DNA from: Octopus sinensis
Lineage: Eukaryota
Length of the DNA: 64,000 nt
Reading direction: 5' to 3'
NCBI RefSeq assembly: GCF_006345805.1
Contig: NC_043017.1
Location: 11,656,001-11,720,000 of the forward strand
Below are positions 11,676 to 25,250 of this stretch, in pieces. Numbering within the stretch: the first letter of the stretch is position 1; each line of letters begins with the position of its first letter. The translations under genes and the position numbers were made by a program. The notes beneath the pieces were generated by a model. That model did no database searches and was not told where the DNA came from. It worked only from the letters and a program-made list of their open reading frames with translations.

Positions 11676-12085
11676 AAGAAGAAGAAGAAGAAGAAGGAGA
11701 AGAAGAAGAAGAAGAAGAAGGAGGAGGAGGAGGAGAGGAAGAAGAAGAAGACGAAGAAGAAGAAGAAGGAGAAGAAGACGACGACGACGAAGAAGAAGAA
11801 GAAGAAGGAGAAGAAGAAGACGACGACGACGAAGAAGAAGAAGGAGAAGAAGAAGAAGACGACGACGAAGAAGAAGAAGAAGAAGAAGAAGACGACGACG
11901 AAGAAGAAGAAGGAGAGGAAGAAGAAGAAGGAGAAGAAGAAGAAGAAGACGACGACGACGACGACGAAGAAGAAGAAGGAGAAGAAGAAGAAGAAGAAGA
12001 AGAAGAAGAAGAAGAAGAAGAAGAAGAAGAAGAAGAAGAAGAAGAAGAAGAAGAAGAAGAAGAAGAAGAAGAAGAAGAAGAAGAA
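11676..12085. repeat. Expanded (GAA)n/(GAC)n/(GGA)n tract, likely the RTE tail
   Basis: Starts immediately after the RTE fragment. Confidence 0.9.
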
Positions 12086-12520
12086 AAAACACTATATGAC
12101 GGAATAGCTTTTTCTTGTGTGCATGTTTCATTAAACACACGAATATGTTTGAATGGTGAAAACCGACAACAGAACGGTTTAGCGTCCTCTCCAGGAGTGG
12201 CAAATGCAACGCAAGAATTTTACCCGTTATCTATTTTACGCTAAAAAAACCCCAAATGGATGCTGGATATAGAGGGAAATATCATTTAAGACCCCAGGTG
12301 TAACATCGCATGTGAGATACGAACTAGCGTCTCTTGAGCTGAAAAAATGAATGTCCTCCTACTGACATTTCCCTTTTACGATCCCTCTTGATCGAAAACC
12401 TACGCCACCCCTTTTTTTTGTTTCTTTTGTTTTTTGTTTTTTTTTCATCCCCCAAAAGAAAAGCTCTACCTTGTAACTTGTCCCATCTGTGTGCAGCCCT
12501 GTGTGGCCAATAAAGAAACT

Positions 12521-12658
12521 TATCTATCTATCTATCTATCTATCTGTCTGTCTGTCTGTCTCTGTCTCTCTCTCTATATATATATGTGTGTGTGTGTGTG
12601 TATATATCTGGCTGTTTATCTGTCTATCTGTCTGTCTATCTGTCTATCTGTCTATCTG

Positions 12659-12724
<66 letters not shown>

Positions 12725-12753
12725 GTCTGTCTGTCTGTCTCTGTCTCTCTCTC

Positions 12754-12784
<31 letters not shown>

Positions 12785-12837
12785 ATATATCTGGCTGTTT
12801 ATCTGTCTATCTATCTATCTGTCTGTCTGTCTGTCTA

Positions 12838-12868
<31 letters not shown>

Positions 12869-12881
12869 GTCTATCTATCTA

Positions 12882-12920
<39 letters not shown>

Positions 12921-12925
12921 CCTGT
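12521..12925. repeat. (TATC)n/(TGTC)n compound repeat with an internal ~180-bp duplication
   Basis: The unique spacer tatatctggctgtttatctgtc occurs twice. Confidence 0.85.
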
Positions 12926-13413
12926 CTACCTACCAGCTCTGTAATGTTAACGTCTTCCTAACAACAATAGAATGAAATATTAGATGACTTCTGCTTCCTA
13001 CACACAAACACAAACACAACACACACACACACACACACACACGTATATGTATATTCATTCCCCCCCCCTTTTTTTCCTCTATCTCAAAACGCTATGGCGG
13101 CACCTGTGTTTGACATTTAATCGATGAAGCGTGCAGCAATGGCAAAGATCGGGCGTTAAAACGCTGCAGTTGGGTCACGACCAGATGACTGCTAAATTCA
13201 TCGGCGAGGTCCACAAGATTCTTTTGTTCTGACGGAATTTCTAACGTCCACATATTTCACCAATATTTGCTCAGAACTTTGCGTTGCTAAAAGAACAATA
13301 AGGAAAACAAGGAATAAAGGAAAAGAGGAAGAAATCTCAGACAAAAATAGAAAGAAAGAAAGAAGGGAGAGAAATAGATATATTGAGAGATGTATAGATA
13401 AATTGTTTGATGA

Positions 13414-13414
<1 letters not shown>

Positions 13415-13451
<37 letters not shown>

Positions 13452-13493
13452 TAGATAGATAGATTAGATAGATAGATAGATAGATAGATAGAT

Positions 13494-13572
<79 letters not shown>

Positions 13573-13728
13573 ATCCACCTGTAAATAGAGATAAAATACA
13601 TACTATATATAAATACACACGTCTTTATGTATACTAACATATAGTTAGATACATAGATAGGTAGGTATAAAAAAAGCCAGGAAAGAATCTAGAGACAAAG
13701 AGCACATTGATATGGATAGATATAGAAG

Positions 13729-13790
<62 letters not shown>

Positions 13791-13832
13791 CAGATGGATA
13801 GATAGATAGATAGAGATAGATAGATAGACAGT

Positions 13833-13868
<36 letters not shown>

Positions 13869-13921
13869 CAGACAGATGGATAGATAGATAGATAGATAGA
13901 TAGATAGAGAGATAGATAGAT

Positions 13922-13957
<36 letters not shown>

Positions 13958-14009
13958 GGAAAGAGAGAGATAGAGAGAGAGATAGGGAAAGAGAGAGAAA
14001 TATATATAT

Positions 14010-14053
<44 letters not shown>

Positions 14054-14070
14054 GGAAAGAGAGAGAGAGA
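13415..14070. repeat. Two (GATA)n tracts
   Basis: Seen directly at ~13415-13570 and ~13730-14055. Confidence 0.95.
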
Positions 14071-14738
14071 GATAAAAACAAATGAAGTGTATAAGTGCTT
14101 GTGTTATCTGTGTGTTGTGTGTGGCTCTTTCTTTTCCTCAAAGATTAAAACCAAACAGCTATTGTCTACAGTTCTCAAGAGTCGGTTAAAGTGATTTGGT
14201 GTGAACGGAACATCTGAAGAAAATTAGCAACGTGAGCTAGAAGAGGTGACGGGAAGGTAGACAAAGAAAGAGGGGAAATTGACTCCATTTCACGTCTTGT
14301 ATCCGACATTTTAAAGCTACTTTCTTCACCAACGACGACACCCTCTTAACGTCCGACTCTCCCCGTCGCTCTCCGTCCATTTCCGCCTCGTCTTCTTACT
14401 TTTTTCTCCCGTTTTCTTTTTTTTTTATTTATTTTAATTCATTATAATTATTGTTTCCTTGTTTGTTATCATTTTTATTTATTTATTTATTTATTGCGTA
14501 TGCTTTTTGTTTTGTTTTGGTTTTTATAAACAAGACTTTTGTTGCCTAACTTTGATAAGCCGAAGATAAGCCTCATCATCTCATCTTCGTCATCAGCTTC
14601 CATCATCTCCATCATTTTGTTCATCTTCGTTATCTTCATCTCTTTGGTTTCTTTTATTCTTCGTAGAAACGCGTAATTCTTGATTCGTGCCGAAACTGTT
14701 GAGGCGACGTGTGTGTATGAACGCGCGTGCGCGCAACA

Positions 14739-14803
<65 letters not shown>

Positions 14804-14821
14804 GTATGCATATATGTATGC

Positions 14822-14866
<45 letters not shown>

Positions 14867-15414
14867 CATATGTATATATGTATGTGTGTATATATATGTA
14901 CATACATACATATATTCATACATACATACATACATACATACATGAAATAAACAACACCATTAGATATTGTTTTGGCCAGGGCATACATATACATGCATGT
15001 ATGTCTATGCATATATATATATACACACACACACATATACATACATATACACGTCTATATATATGTGTGTGTATATTAGTTTATTGTTAGTGTTGGCGAT
15101 ACTGATAACAATGATGATAATCATGAGAAGGTATTGATTTATTTGTTGTTGTTGTTGTTGTACAATCGGTAAAGAACCAAAGTGACTGACTTACAATAAA
15201 TGATTAATTTCGTCCCTTTACGTCCCGAGTTCGAATCTCACGGAAGCAGTCTTCAATTTTTATCTTCCCACTAAACACACAATATCTCTGTCCCAAACTC
15301 TGCTGCTTGTGGGCATCATCCTCACCACCACCACCACCACCACCACCGCCATCATTGTCACTTGTAATGATCCCCATCCTCTGCTGCTGTTTCGTCTTAA
15401 GATATTATTGTTAA

Positions 15415-15646
15415 GGTGGTGAGCTGGCAGAAACGTTAGCACGCCGGGCGAAATGCGTAGCCGCATTTCGTCTGCCGTTACGTTCTGAGTTCAAATTCCG
15501 CCGAGGTCGACTTTGCCTTTCATCCTTTCGGGGTTGATTAATTAAGTACCAGTTACACACTGGGGTCGATACAATCGACTTAATCCGTTTGTCTGTCCTT
15601 GTTTGTCCTCTCTGTGTTTAGCCCCTTGTGGGTAGTAAAGAAATAG
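15415..15646 (+). mobile_element. SINE family B, full length
   Basis: A-box-like tggcagaaacgttag, B-box gagttcaaattcc, central gtcgactttgcctttcatcctttcgggg domain. Confidence 0.85.
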
Positions 15647-16699
15647 ATATTTAAATTAATTAACTCTTCCAATCAAGATTGCTAATTTGACGAACTTGTA
15701 TCGGGTATATTTCGAAATGGATCATTGGGTAAAGCCGTTGAAGCAACCAAGAGATTAGTTTGCAGTAATCGTTTCAACTCACTGCACTCAGATTTCAAAT
15801 CTCACCAAGGGTTAGCTTTGCCTTTTACTTTTTTTGGTGTCGATAAGTAATTCACTAATCCTTTACAGGAGTCATTTCCTTTCTTTCTTTATTTATTTCC
15901 GTCTGTCTGTCAGTCTTTCTGAAACAAGAAACTCCGTCTGTGGTCAGGCCTAGACATGGATGGGTTCCTCCAACTGTTAAAATGCCCCAAACTCACCCCT
16001 TGAGATAAGGACTCAAGACAAAACAAAGCAAGTGTATTTTAACGCAACAAAGCAAATATCCCCCAAGCGAATGCCTCTAAATATATAAATCCATTTTCAT
16101 TTCCATTATTGGTGGACGGATAAAATCGTTAACGCGTCGGAAACAATAATTTTCCGTATTTGTTCCGATTCTTCGAGGTTAATTTTGCCTGTCATCCTAA
16201 TGACTTAAAACCAACGCTAAATGATGATCTAATCACTCTCCACACACAAAAAAAAAAAAACAAAAACAAAAAAAAATGACGAAGATTTTAGGATTTAACA
16301 CAATTTCAGTTATTCTGTAAAGGACCCGTGTCCCGTCCGGGTGGGAAATATATAGGCCACAGAATCCAGGAAACCGATTTTATGAGCCCGTGGCTTGGGA
16401 AGGACTCTTGATCCATAGCAGTTCTTACAGTCAAACTGACACATGCGGCTTGTTGGTTCGTTGGTCGCCTGCAAACTTATACCCAAAACTCATAGATAGT
16501 CTTTGCTGGGGCTTAATTCGGTTCTTTCACCATCTAAAGTATGGCTGAACCAACTTCATGCTAAGAGAAATTTAGATATTAAAAGTATAAGATTGAAACA
16601 GCGGTGTCTCCAAGTTGGTTACCACGTTAGCACGGACCCTCAGAATTTCTGGGTTGTTGTATAGCATGCTGGGAGATCACTGGGAGCGAGGCACCCCTT

Positions 16700-17070
16700 A
16701 GCTTTTGTTAAAGCATGTCTCTAAAACTCACTTCAATCCCAGGCTACGTCTGCTCCGGTAAGCGGTGGTGACTTGGTCATTGAATGGTCTGCAATGGGTT
16801 GCCAGTCGATGGCAAGATCAGCTGCTATGCATCACACTAACCCAAAGTGTGTATGCATGTGACCGGGAACCACATGTGAACTTGTATTCCCACCGAAACT
16901 CCGAACATGAACGCGTTGGTCGGAGTCGGCTCAACCCACGTCGAGTGAATGCCGCCGCAAGTGCGAATGAGGAGTCTCCGGGTCCCCTAACACCGGTGAA
17001 TCGCATACGTAATGAACACACTGAGGTGTTCTCCGTTGGCACTGCAGGACCCCCTACATTCACTCAATAT
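16700..17070 (-). pseudogene. Possible highly decayed Gypsy integrase fragment
   Basis: Frameshifted remnants in the expected order: LQCQR, AFTR/WVEPTP (cf. DRFTRWPEAIP), GIQ/FT (cf. DRGxQFTS). Confidence 0.35.
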
Positions 17071-17077
17071 TATCTCT

Positions 17078-17472
17078 TTCTCTCTTTTTACTTGTTTCAG
17101 TCATTTTGACTGCGGCTATGCTGGAGCACCGCTTTTAATCGAGCAACTCGACCCCGGAACTTATTCTTTTGTAAGTCCAGTACTTATTCTATCGGTCTCT
17201 TTTTGCCGAACCGCTAAGTAACGGGGACATAAACACACCAGCATCGGTTGTCAAGCAATGCTAGGGGGACAAATACAGACACACAAACATACACGCACAT
17301 ACATATATACGACGGGCTTCTTTCAGTTTCCGTCGACCAAAACCACTCACAAGGCTTTGGTCGGCCCGAGGCTATAGTAGAAGACACTTGCCCAAGGTGC
17401 CACGCAATGGGACTGAACCCGGAACCATGTGGTTGGTAAACAAGCTACTTACCGCACAGCCACTCCTGCGCC
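17078..17472 (-). mobile_element. SINE family A, full length
   Basis: Reverse complement of 32871-33287. Confidence 0.9.
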
Positions 17473-17800
17473 TCGATAGTATATTCAATATAATGAGTCT
17501 TTTTTTTTTGTTTTTCTTATATTTTTGTTTTCCTTATATTTTTCCTGCAACGGTCAACTTTTGCACGAGCTTCCGAGGACCTGCACTGGCTCTGAGCACA
17601 ACAATCTGAGAATAAGCCCTGACTGGATGTGACCCGTAGGCCCCATTTCAAATCACCAATCAAATATTTTAGATACCAGTGTTATATACGTACGATTTAT
17701 GTATGAGTTACGGGTATACATACGTAGAAATGTGTATGATATATGTAGCTTCATTCATCACGGATCCGGGATAACACGGTACGTTCGATTATGATCCATG

Positions 17801-18309
17801 TTACTTTTATCACGGATTGGTCTGTGATAACACAGTTCGGCGATCAGTCAAAGATTCTGTTTGTACCACAAAAATGTGCCCCACCACTACCCACAATGTT
17901 TAGCTATTCGGAATGTTTTGACTGCCGCTTGTGTTTACGTGACTGTGCTGTGAGGTTGCGTATCTTTTTTTACACGGATTTACGTTATTCTTACACATCG
18001 TCAGTCCAGTGAGCAGAAAAAATATGAAGGTGCCTGGCTCTAACAAACGACGCTGATGTGTATAATCTCTACTGGAAAAGGTGAAGATGATAAAAAAAAT
18101 ACGTGACGGTGGGGGGGGGGCTTCGTTGCTGTGGGCCACCATTCATCCCAGTACGAAAACACCCGAACCTGACAAACAACGCAGCGATAGTCAAGTCTGG
18201 ATAGCAGAGCATTGTGGGTAATCACTGGGACGCGTTTCTGCCGGTACAAGCAGAATCTTCGACTGATTAGCAATCCGTGTTATCATAGACCAATCCGTTA
18301 TAAAAGTAA
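17801..18309. mobile_element. MITE-like element with ~33-bp inverted ends
   Basis: ttacttttatcacggattggtctgtgataacac vs gtgttatcatagaccaatccgttataaaagtaa. Confidence 0.65.
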
Positions 18310-18450
18310 AGATGATTCGGAAAAAGTGGAAATGATCTAGAAATTAAACGATGGTGGAAGCTTCGCTGTAACAGGCCATGAATTTGGTGTCAATGAATCT
18401 ATTATTTGTTTCATTTACAAAGTACGTGGAAATGATTCATTTATCACTGA

Positions 18451-18850
18451 CTAGCAGTATCGCCCGGCGTTGCTCAGGTTTGTAAGGGAAATAACTATAT
18501 AAGCATTTTTAGAGAGTTATAGCCAAAAAATAGCAAAAAAATGCATTGAAAATGGAAAAAAAATTATGGTAAATTTTTTTTTAAATCGTTGACTCATCGT
18601 AGACATTTTTAGAGAGTTACTTCCCTTATATAATAGCGAAAAAATTGCATTAAAATGGAAAAAATGATGGTAAATTTTTTTTTTAATCGTAGACTCATCG
18701 TAGACGCGCGCTAATACCCAGAAGGGCTCGATATGAATCACGACTATAAGATACCCGGTTTTGGTTAAACTGCACCGCAAAATGTGGGAGTAGTTAGGAA
18801 TCTAAATTGTAGGAGACAGACACGCGACTTTACTTTTATATATATCAAGA
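18451..18850 (-). mobile_element. Non-autonomous Helitron
   Basis: 3' end (hairpin plus CTAG) shared with 35292-35652; 5' TC. Confidence 0.75.
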
Positions 18851-18959
18851 TTTACTTATTTATATTCTTAACCAAACTCCTGTGATGAACGAGGATATGT
18901 GTGTTTAGAAATAAAAGAATAGAATAAATGAACTATAATGATATACCCGTATCTTCTCT

Positions 18960-19270
18960 TTCATGTCCTCTTTATCGAAAAGAATACCGGTCGTCTGCAA
19001 ACAGAACTGTTCAGAATGCGCTTCTTTCTTCCTTGGATTGTACATATCTCTTCCATCCTAACCTGAATTGCTTAAATATATCATCTTCCCGTCGTCTTGG
19101 AGGTCTTCCAAGTGATCTTTTCCGATCCCTTGCATATCACTTACCAACTGCATTGGCTCCATCTGTTGTTTGTAAACCTTACGATATTTGTGCTTTCGGG
19201 ATTCTTCGATTACATTATTCGCTCTAATCTGTTTTTGAACCACTTCGTTTCGGTTATGCTCCCGCACAAT
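18960..19270 (-). mobile_element. RTE-like LINE 3' remnant
   Basis: Frameshifted peptides HIVRFTNNRWS and RDRKRSLGRPPRRREDDI. Confidence 0.6.
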
Positions 19271-19406
19271 TTACACAAAAGGCAATTCTTCACAAAAGAG
19301 TCCTTTATTGACCACTAACTGGCGGAGAAAGCCCGTCTGAACAGACCCACTCGAACCTCGAACCCCGCTGCTTTTAAAGGCTGAATTACAGCTCCTTCCC
19401 TTATAC

Positions 19407-19638
19407 CAATGGTTCTTAACCGGGGTCCATATAAGGTTTTGTTCGTTAAAACTTATCTGCAATAAATTGGGTTTTTTTCTACAATATATATTTAAACATT
19501 TTTAAATACAATTCCTTATAATATTTAATTATAGAAATATAAGAGGTTTTAGACAACGAATGGCAACAAGGGCTCCTCGTCTCTGAGTAGAACAGGAATC
19601 ACTGGGGTCCACAGGCAAAAAATGGCTAAGAATCACTG
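19407..19638. mobile_element. hAT MITE (Charlie-like)
   Basis: TIRs caatggttcttaacc / ggctaagaatcactg; degenerate 8-bp TSD ccttatac / acttagaa. Confidence 0.7.
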
Positions 19639-20296
19639 ACTTAGAACAAACCAGTACAGAAAAAAGTGTAGTGGTGGTGTGGTTGATAGTTTATAGTAAT
19701 GTTAACCTAACAGCAGTGATATAGCTTGGACAGCTTTTGAATTTACCTCTTCCCACCCCCTTGGGACCCCAGGCATATACAGCAGACCCCTAAGTGCCGC
19801 TTCTATAAAAGCGTTGCCCGGGACGGGGAACGACGCCCACCAGCTGCGTTACTGTCTAGTAGAGACATCATAACAGAGACATATTCAGACATCATTCAAG
19901 GTGTTAATTTGATCTTTATTTCTTGATTAGGCTCAGTTATTGCATTGTAGACATGACGAGGGTATCGTCTTCTGGGTTTGATTTAATATAAACTATAAGA
20001 TTACATCGAACGATGTCCAGGGCTTACTTTATCGACCCTAGGATGATGAAAGAGTAAAGGCAAAGGAGACATTGATGAGATTTTGGATTCAGGACTTTAG
20101 AAGGACGAAGTCAAACATGACAAGGTATTTGGTTTGTTAGACTCTCAGCCGATTCTGCCATCCAACTGGGGGACACCGTCCGGCTTTCGATTTGGTAAAT
20201 GTATATACTTAGTTTGTATATGCATCTGTGCGCATGTATGTGTCCGTGTGTGTGTGTGCATCCATGTATATGAGTGTATAAGAGCGTGTGTGTGGA

Positions 20297-20659
20297 GGCG
20301 CAATGGCCCAGTGGTTAGGGCAGCGGACTCGCGGTTTCGATTCCCAGACCGGGCGTTGTGAGTGTTTATTGAGCGAAAACACCTAAAGCTCCACGAGTCT
20401 CCGGCAGGGATGGTGGTGATCCCTGCTGTACTCTTTCACCACAACTTTCTCTCACTCTTACTTCCTGTTTCTGTTGTACCTGTATTTCAAGGGGCCGGCC
20501 TTGTCACTCTCGTGTCACGCTGAATATCCCCGAGAACTACGTTAAGGGTGCACGTGTCTGTGGAGTGCTCAGCCACTTACACGTTAATTTCACGAGCAGG
20601 TTGTTCCGTTGATCGGATCAACCGGAACCCTCGTCGTCGTAACCGACGGAGTGCTTCCA
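20297..20659 (+). mobile_element. SINE family C variant, near full length
   Basis: tRNA-like head ggcgcaatggcccagtggttagggcagcggactcg with B-box ggtttcgattcc; 3' body shared with 24930. Confidence 0.85.
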
Positions 20660-20960
20660 AGTGCGTGTGTATATATGTGCGTATATGTGTGAGCATGCGT
20701 GTGCAAGCGTGTCTGTATGATATGTATATTATGTGTGCGTATGTATATATATATGTGAGTGTGTATACATGTGCGCGTGTCTGTGTACAATGGTTATAGA
20801 TATTAATATTGATATAGCTGTATATACAAAGAAGCAGAGAGAATAAATATGGAAGCTGTTTTACACGTACACGCACACACATGTACGTGTTTATATATGT
20901 AATGTATATATATATATATATATATTATATATATGTCCATGTTGTATTTTTCTACATACC

Positions 20961-21030
<70 letters not shown>

Positions 21031-21118
21031 TGGTTTTAGTACTGACCCTCTACTCAACCTGTGGGGACAAGTCAGCACGAAAGAAATGACTTTTCCAATG
21101 TCAGGCTATATATATATA

Positions 21119-21180
<62 letters not shown>

Positions 21181-21310
21181 GTGTGTGTATATATATATGT
21201 ATATATATATATATATATGCGTATATATATATATATGTGTGTATATATATACATATATATATATATATATGTGTATATATATATAAAATACACATATATA
21301 TATATAAAAT

Positions 21311-21341
<31 letters not shown>

Positions 21342-22076
21342 CATACATATATAAATACATATACATACATATATAAATACATATACATACATATATAAAT
21401 ACATATACATACATATACACAGACACATATATTGTTGGGCGGGGTTAATTTTGTAAAAAGATACACAAAAGAAAGAAGGAAGGAAAAAAACAACAACAAA
21501 CCAATAAAAAAAGAAAACATGAAAAAAATGGAATAAAAAACACAAAAAAAAAAACGAATGAAACAATCCAAGCAGCTTTGTGTGACAGAAAGCCAAGCGA
21601 AACACGAAATAACTTCCCGTAATGGCCGAAAAAAAATATAAATCACGTGTTAGTGAGACTTGCTTACCATCTTACTGCTTTTTTTTTTTTTTTTTTTATA
21701 TTTTCTGTTTATTATTTTTGTTCTTTTTTTTTTTTTTATTTATTTCGTGAAGAGAGATCGTCTTTGGTAAAGATATAAGAGAGGAGATACAGCCATTTTC
21801 TCTCTGACCCTATCAATATGCATGCATGTTACTGTATCTCTCCTTTTCTCTCTGCAACTCCCAAAATATGTGTGTGTGTATGTGTGTGTGTGTGTGTGTA
21901 TTTTTCTGCCTCTTGTTCTACGTCTCTCTCTTCATCTTCCACACTTCTTTTTTTCTCATCCTCTCAAATTATGTCTATCTATGTCTCGTTTCCCCCTTCT
22001 CTCTCTTTCTCTCTCTCTCTCTCTCTTTCTTCTTCCCTCTCTAATCTCTCACTGAGTCTCATTTTCTCTCCCAACG

Positions 22077-22108
<32 letters not shown>

Positions 22109-22274
22109 AATTCTCTTTCCACCTCTCTCAATATATCCAATTCAATCGTTGTTTCTCGTTCCTCCATTTTTCCCTCCTGCCCTCTTTGCATCTTTCCCAC
22201 TCTCTCATTCTTTTCCATTTATCTTCCCAGTATATTCTTCGGCCATTTCCCTTCTCTCTCCTTACCTTTATTTT

Positions 22275-22319
<45 letters not shown>

Positions 22320-22368
22320 AATCTATCTATCTAATCTATCTAACTATCTATCTATCTATCTATCTATC

Positions 22369-22416
<48 letters not shown>

Positions 22417-22420
22417 CTTT

Positions 22421-22474
<54 letters not shown>

Positions 22475-22475
22475 C

Positions 22476-22506
<31 letters not shown>

Positions 22507-22545
22507 CCTCTCTCTCTCTATCTATCTATCTATCTGTCTATCTAT
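22275..22545. repeat. (CT)n/(CTAT)n microsatellite
   Basis: Seen directly. Confidence 0.95.
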
Positions 22546-23111
22546 CTGTTTATCATTCTAGTGTACACTCTAGCCATTTCCCTCTGTCTTCTCATCTGCT
22601 TACACATACACACACACCCTTCCTCCCTCCCTCTTTCTCTCTTCCTCCCCCTTTCCCTCAACCCACCACATATATCTACCACCAGACTCTAATTACAGAT
22701 ACACTTATATAAAATTATCATTACTTCTTAGATGAAAACTTCTCCTCACCCCACGTCCCAACAATCAAATTCTTTGTCAGGGAAAAAGATGACCTCTGGT
22801 CAACTTACAATATATGCACACAATATTCATTATATATATACATATACATACATACATACATACACACATACATGCACGCATACATATATATACATGTGTG
22901 TGTGTTTATATATATAAAGCACAGAATGTAATTACTTACAATATATATATATACACACAGATATCATTAAAATATGTATAGACAGCATCTTTACTTATCC
23001 TATATATACACAGACTAACGTTACAAATATATAGAGAAAGTTTTACTACGTTATACGTATATCCATAAAATCGTTATAAAATATACAATTGATATTATTT
23101 ACAATACATGA

Positions 23112-23222
23112 GTCGGCGATCTGGCAGAATTGTGAGCTTGGCGGGCGAACTGCTTGGCGGTATTTTGTCCGTCCTTACGTTCTGAGTTCAAATTCCGCCG
23201 AGGTCGACTTTGCTATTCATCT
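23112..23222 (+). mobile_element. SINE family B, 5' part
   Basis: tacgttctgagttcaaattccgccgaggtcgactttgc. Confidence 0.8.
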
Positions 23223-23229
23223 CTTCTGG

Positions 23230-24056
23230 AGGGCGATTTGAATACTGCTGGCCTTCACTGTACGCAACATTCATGAGATATCCCCAGGCGTTCTCTATGG
23301 GATTAAGGCTGGAACTTCTTACTGGTCATGACTTCAATCCCAATGGTATGGCGGAAATCCATAGTTGCCTTTACTTTATAAATAGGAGCATTGTTCTCTT
23401 GAAATATAAAATTCTCGTCATGGAGCCTTCTTCCTTTGTCAATATGAACCCCGTCGAAGATATCGATGTATCGTGCAGTATAGAAGCGGCAATCCATGAT
23501 GACAAATGGCACCTTCCCAATGGCAGATATTGCTCCCCACACCATAAGAATCCCTCAACTTTCCTGCCACATAAAATAAGTAGAACTTTGTATATATTTA
23601 TCTGCCCAGTAGAAACCGTCGTAGCCATTCAAATTCTATTTTTTTCTCCTCAGGGACCAGAACCCTGGTCCATTCACCATCCCACATCTAATGCTGTCGA
23701 ACAAACTCCAATCTAACAGCTTTGTGTGAAGGGGACAATAACAGATACCCCTACCTGCTTCTTCAGGTGGAAACCATGGCTCAAAATCACTCTTCTTATG
23801 GTGGATGTCGAGGCTCCTACTGCTGATGCCTTGATTTTGGAAACAGAAGGGCAAAGTGACTTCTTCACAGCTCTGATAATGGCCCTTTCATCCCTTTCCG
23901 ATGTAGCCTTGGGACGTCCACAAGCATGAACCCTGTTGTAGCCGTAGGGTTCTTTCAGAAAATCTTTTCGACAATCTTCCGGTTACCCATTTCTTCCACT
24001 TTCAGCGCAAGAATCTGCTCTTGTTCAATTTTGGAAAACTATGTAGCTTTAGGCAT
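23230..24056 (-). pseudogene. Decayed Tc1/Tc3-like (DD34E-type) transposase
   Basis: MPKAT*FSKIEQEQILAL, GRPKATSERDERAIIRAV, EEKK*NLNGYDG, MVWGAIS, FIFQENNAPIY and LNPIENAWG, with stops and frameshifts. Confidence 0.85.
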
Positions 24057-24094
24057 ATTGCAAATGTAATCTGGATCACGGAGAACATTTTCCG

Positions 24095-24177
24095 AAACTC
24101 CAATGAAGCTATAAAGTGTTACTCAAGCACTCAACTATGAGTCAACTGCTTCTTATAACAGAAACAGGTGTAAGTTT
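24095..24177 (+). ncRNA. Decayed hammerhead-like motif, paralog of 30675
   Basis: aaact CCAATGA a gctataa...gcactcaactatgagtc...ttataac a GAAA caggtg TA agttt. Confidence 0.55.
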
Positions 24178-24331
24178 ATAATCGTTCATTCGTTTGTCGT
24201 CTTATTCTCTTATTATTACTCTGTACACAACAGTGATAATAATGCTTTATTCTGAAGCATATGAATATTGAGTTCTACACTAGGTTTTTGCTCTTGCAAT
24301 GCCTAAGAGAAATATTTAAATGCAAATAAAG

Positions 24332-24388
<57 letters not shown>

Positions 24389-24505
24389 TAAATTAGAGAC
24401 AAAACCACTATTAGGCAAATCAAACAATGAAAGACTTAAGCCAATACATATGATTAATTTATATTATTTAAATATGTAACAATTATTAAAAATTATAATT
24501 AATAT

Positions 24506-24568
24506 CCACTACGATTGTTTCATGCCTGCTGTCTTTAAATTTTTGAGTCGCAGTCATTCATCAGGTGG
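24506..24568 (-). ncRNA. Type I hammerhead motif, canonical core
   Basis: Minus strand: ccac CTGATGA atgactgc...gcaggcat GAAA caatcg TA gtgg; host element ~24385-24620 lies between (TA)n tracts. Confidence 0.75.
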
Positions 24569-24620
24569 TTTCAAAATTTTTCTTGGCGAGTTTTAAACAA
24601 TGAACTATAATATAATGAAC

Positions 24621-24657
<37 letters not shown>

Positions 24658-24929
24658 GGAGGAGAGAGAGACAGATAGATAGATATACATATGAACAAAA
24701 GAAATCATAAACAAAATATTGCTGTATTTGTTGGCAATCATGAAGATAAGGAATGAGCATGAATGATACAAGTATAAGACAAATATTACAAATGAAAATA
24801 AAGCGAGAATTTAAGACCTCATCAGCTGTCCCACTGAGTAATATTGTTGTTTTGACTCTTCAGACAGGACTGCATCCATAGGACCATTAACAACAACTGG
24901 ATATGATTAAAATACATACAATGGGTGAA

Positions 24930-25250
24930 GGTGCATGGCTTAGTGGTTAGGGTATTTGACTCACGATTGTAAGATCGTGAGTTCAATTCCTGGCGATGTG
25001 TTATGTCCTTGAGCAAGACCCTTTATTTCATGTTGCTCCTGTCCACTCATCTGGCAAAAATGAGTAGTACCTGCATTTCAAGGGGCCAGCCTTGTGACAC
25101 TCTGTGTCACACTGAATCTCCCTCAGAACTACATTAAGGGTACATGTGTCTGTAGAGTGCTCAGCCACTTGCACGTTAATTTCATGAGCAGGCTGTTCCA
25201 TTGATTGGATTAACTGGATCCCTCGTCATCATAACTGATGGAGTGCCAGT
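24930..25250 (+). mobile_element. SINE family C (CORE-like)
   Basis: tRNA head plus CORE-like gtccttgagcaagaccctttatttc. Confidence 0.85.

Noticed and set aside
11473-12244. Poly-R, poly-E, poly-S and poly-L ORFs
   Set aside because: Translations of the (GAA)n tail of an RTE fragment.
18876-18915. ctgtgatga...gaaa possible hammerhead
   Set aside because: No pairable stems I-III.
20297-20350. tRNA-like sequence
   Set aside because: SINE head continuing into a repeat body; no complete cloverleaf.
21655-21680. Minus-strand ATG|gtaagc donor-like site
   Set aside because: An isolated splice-like motif with no supportable upstream exon.
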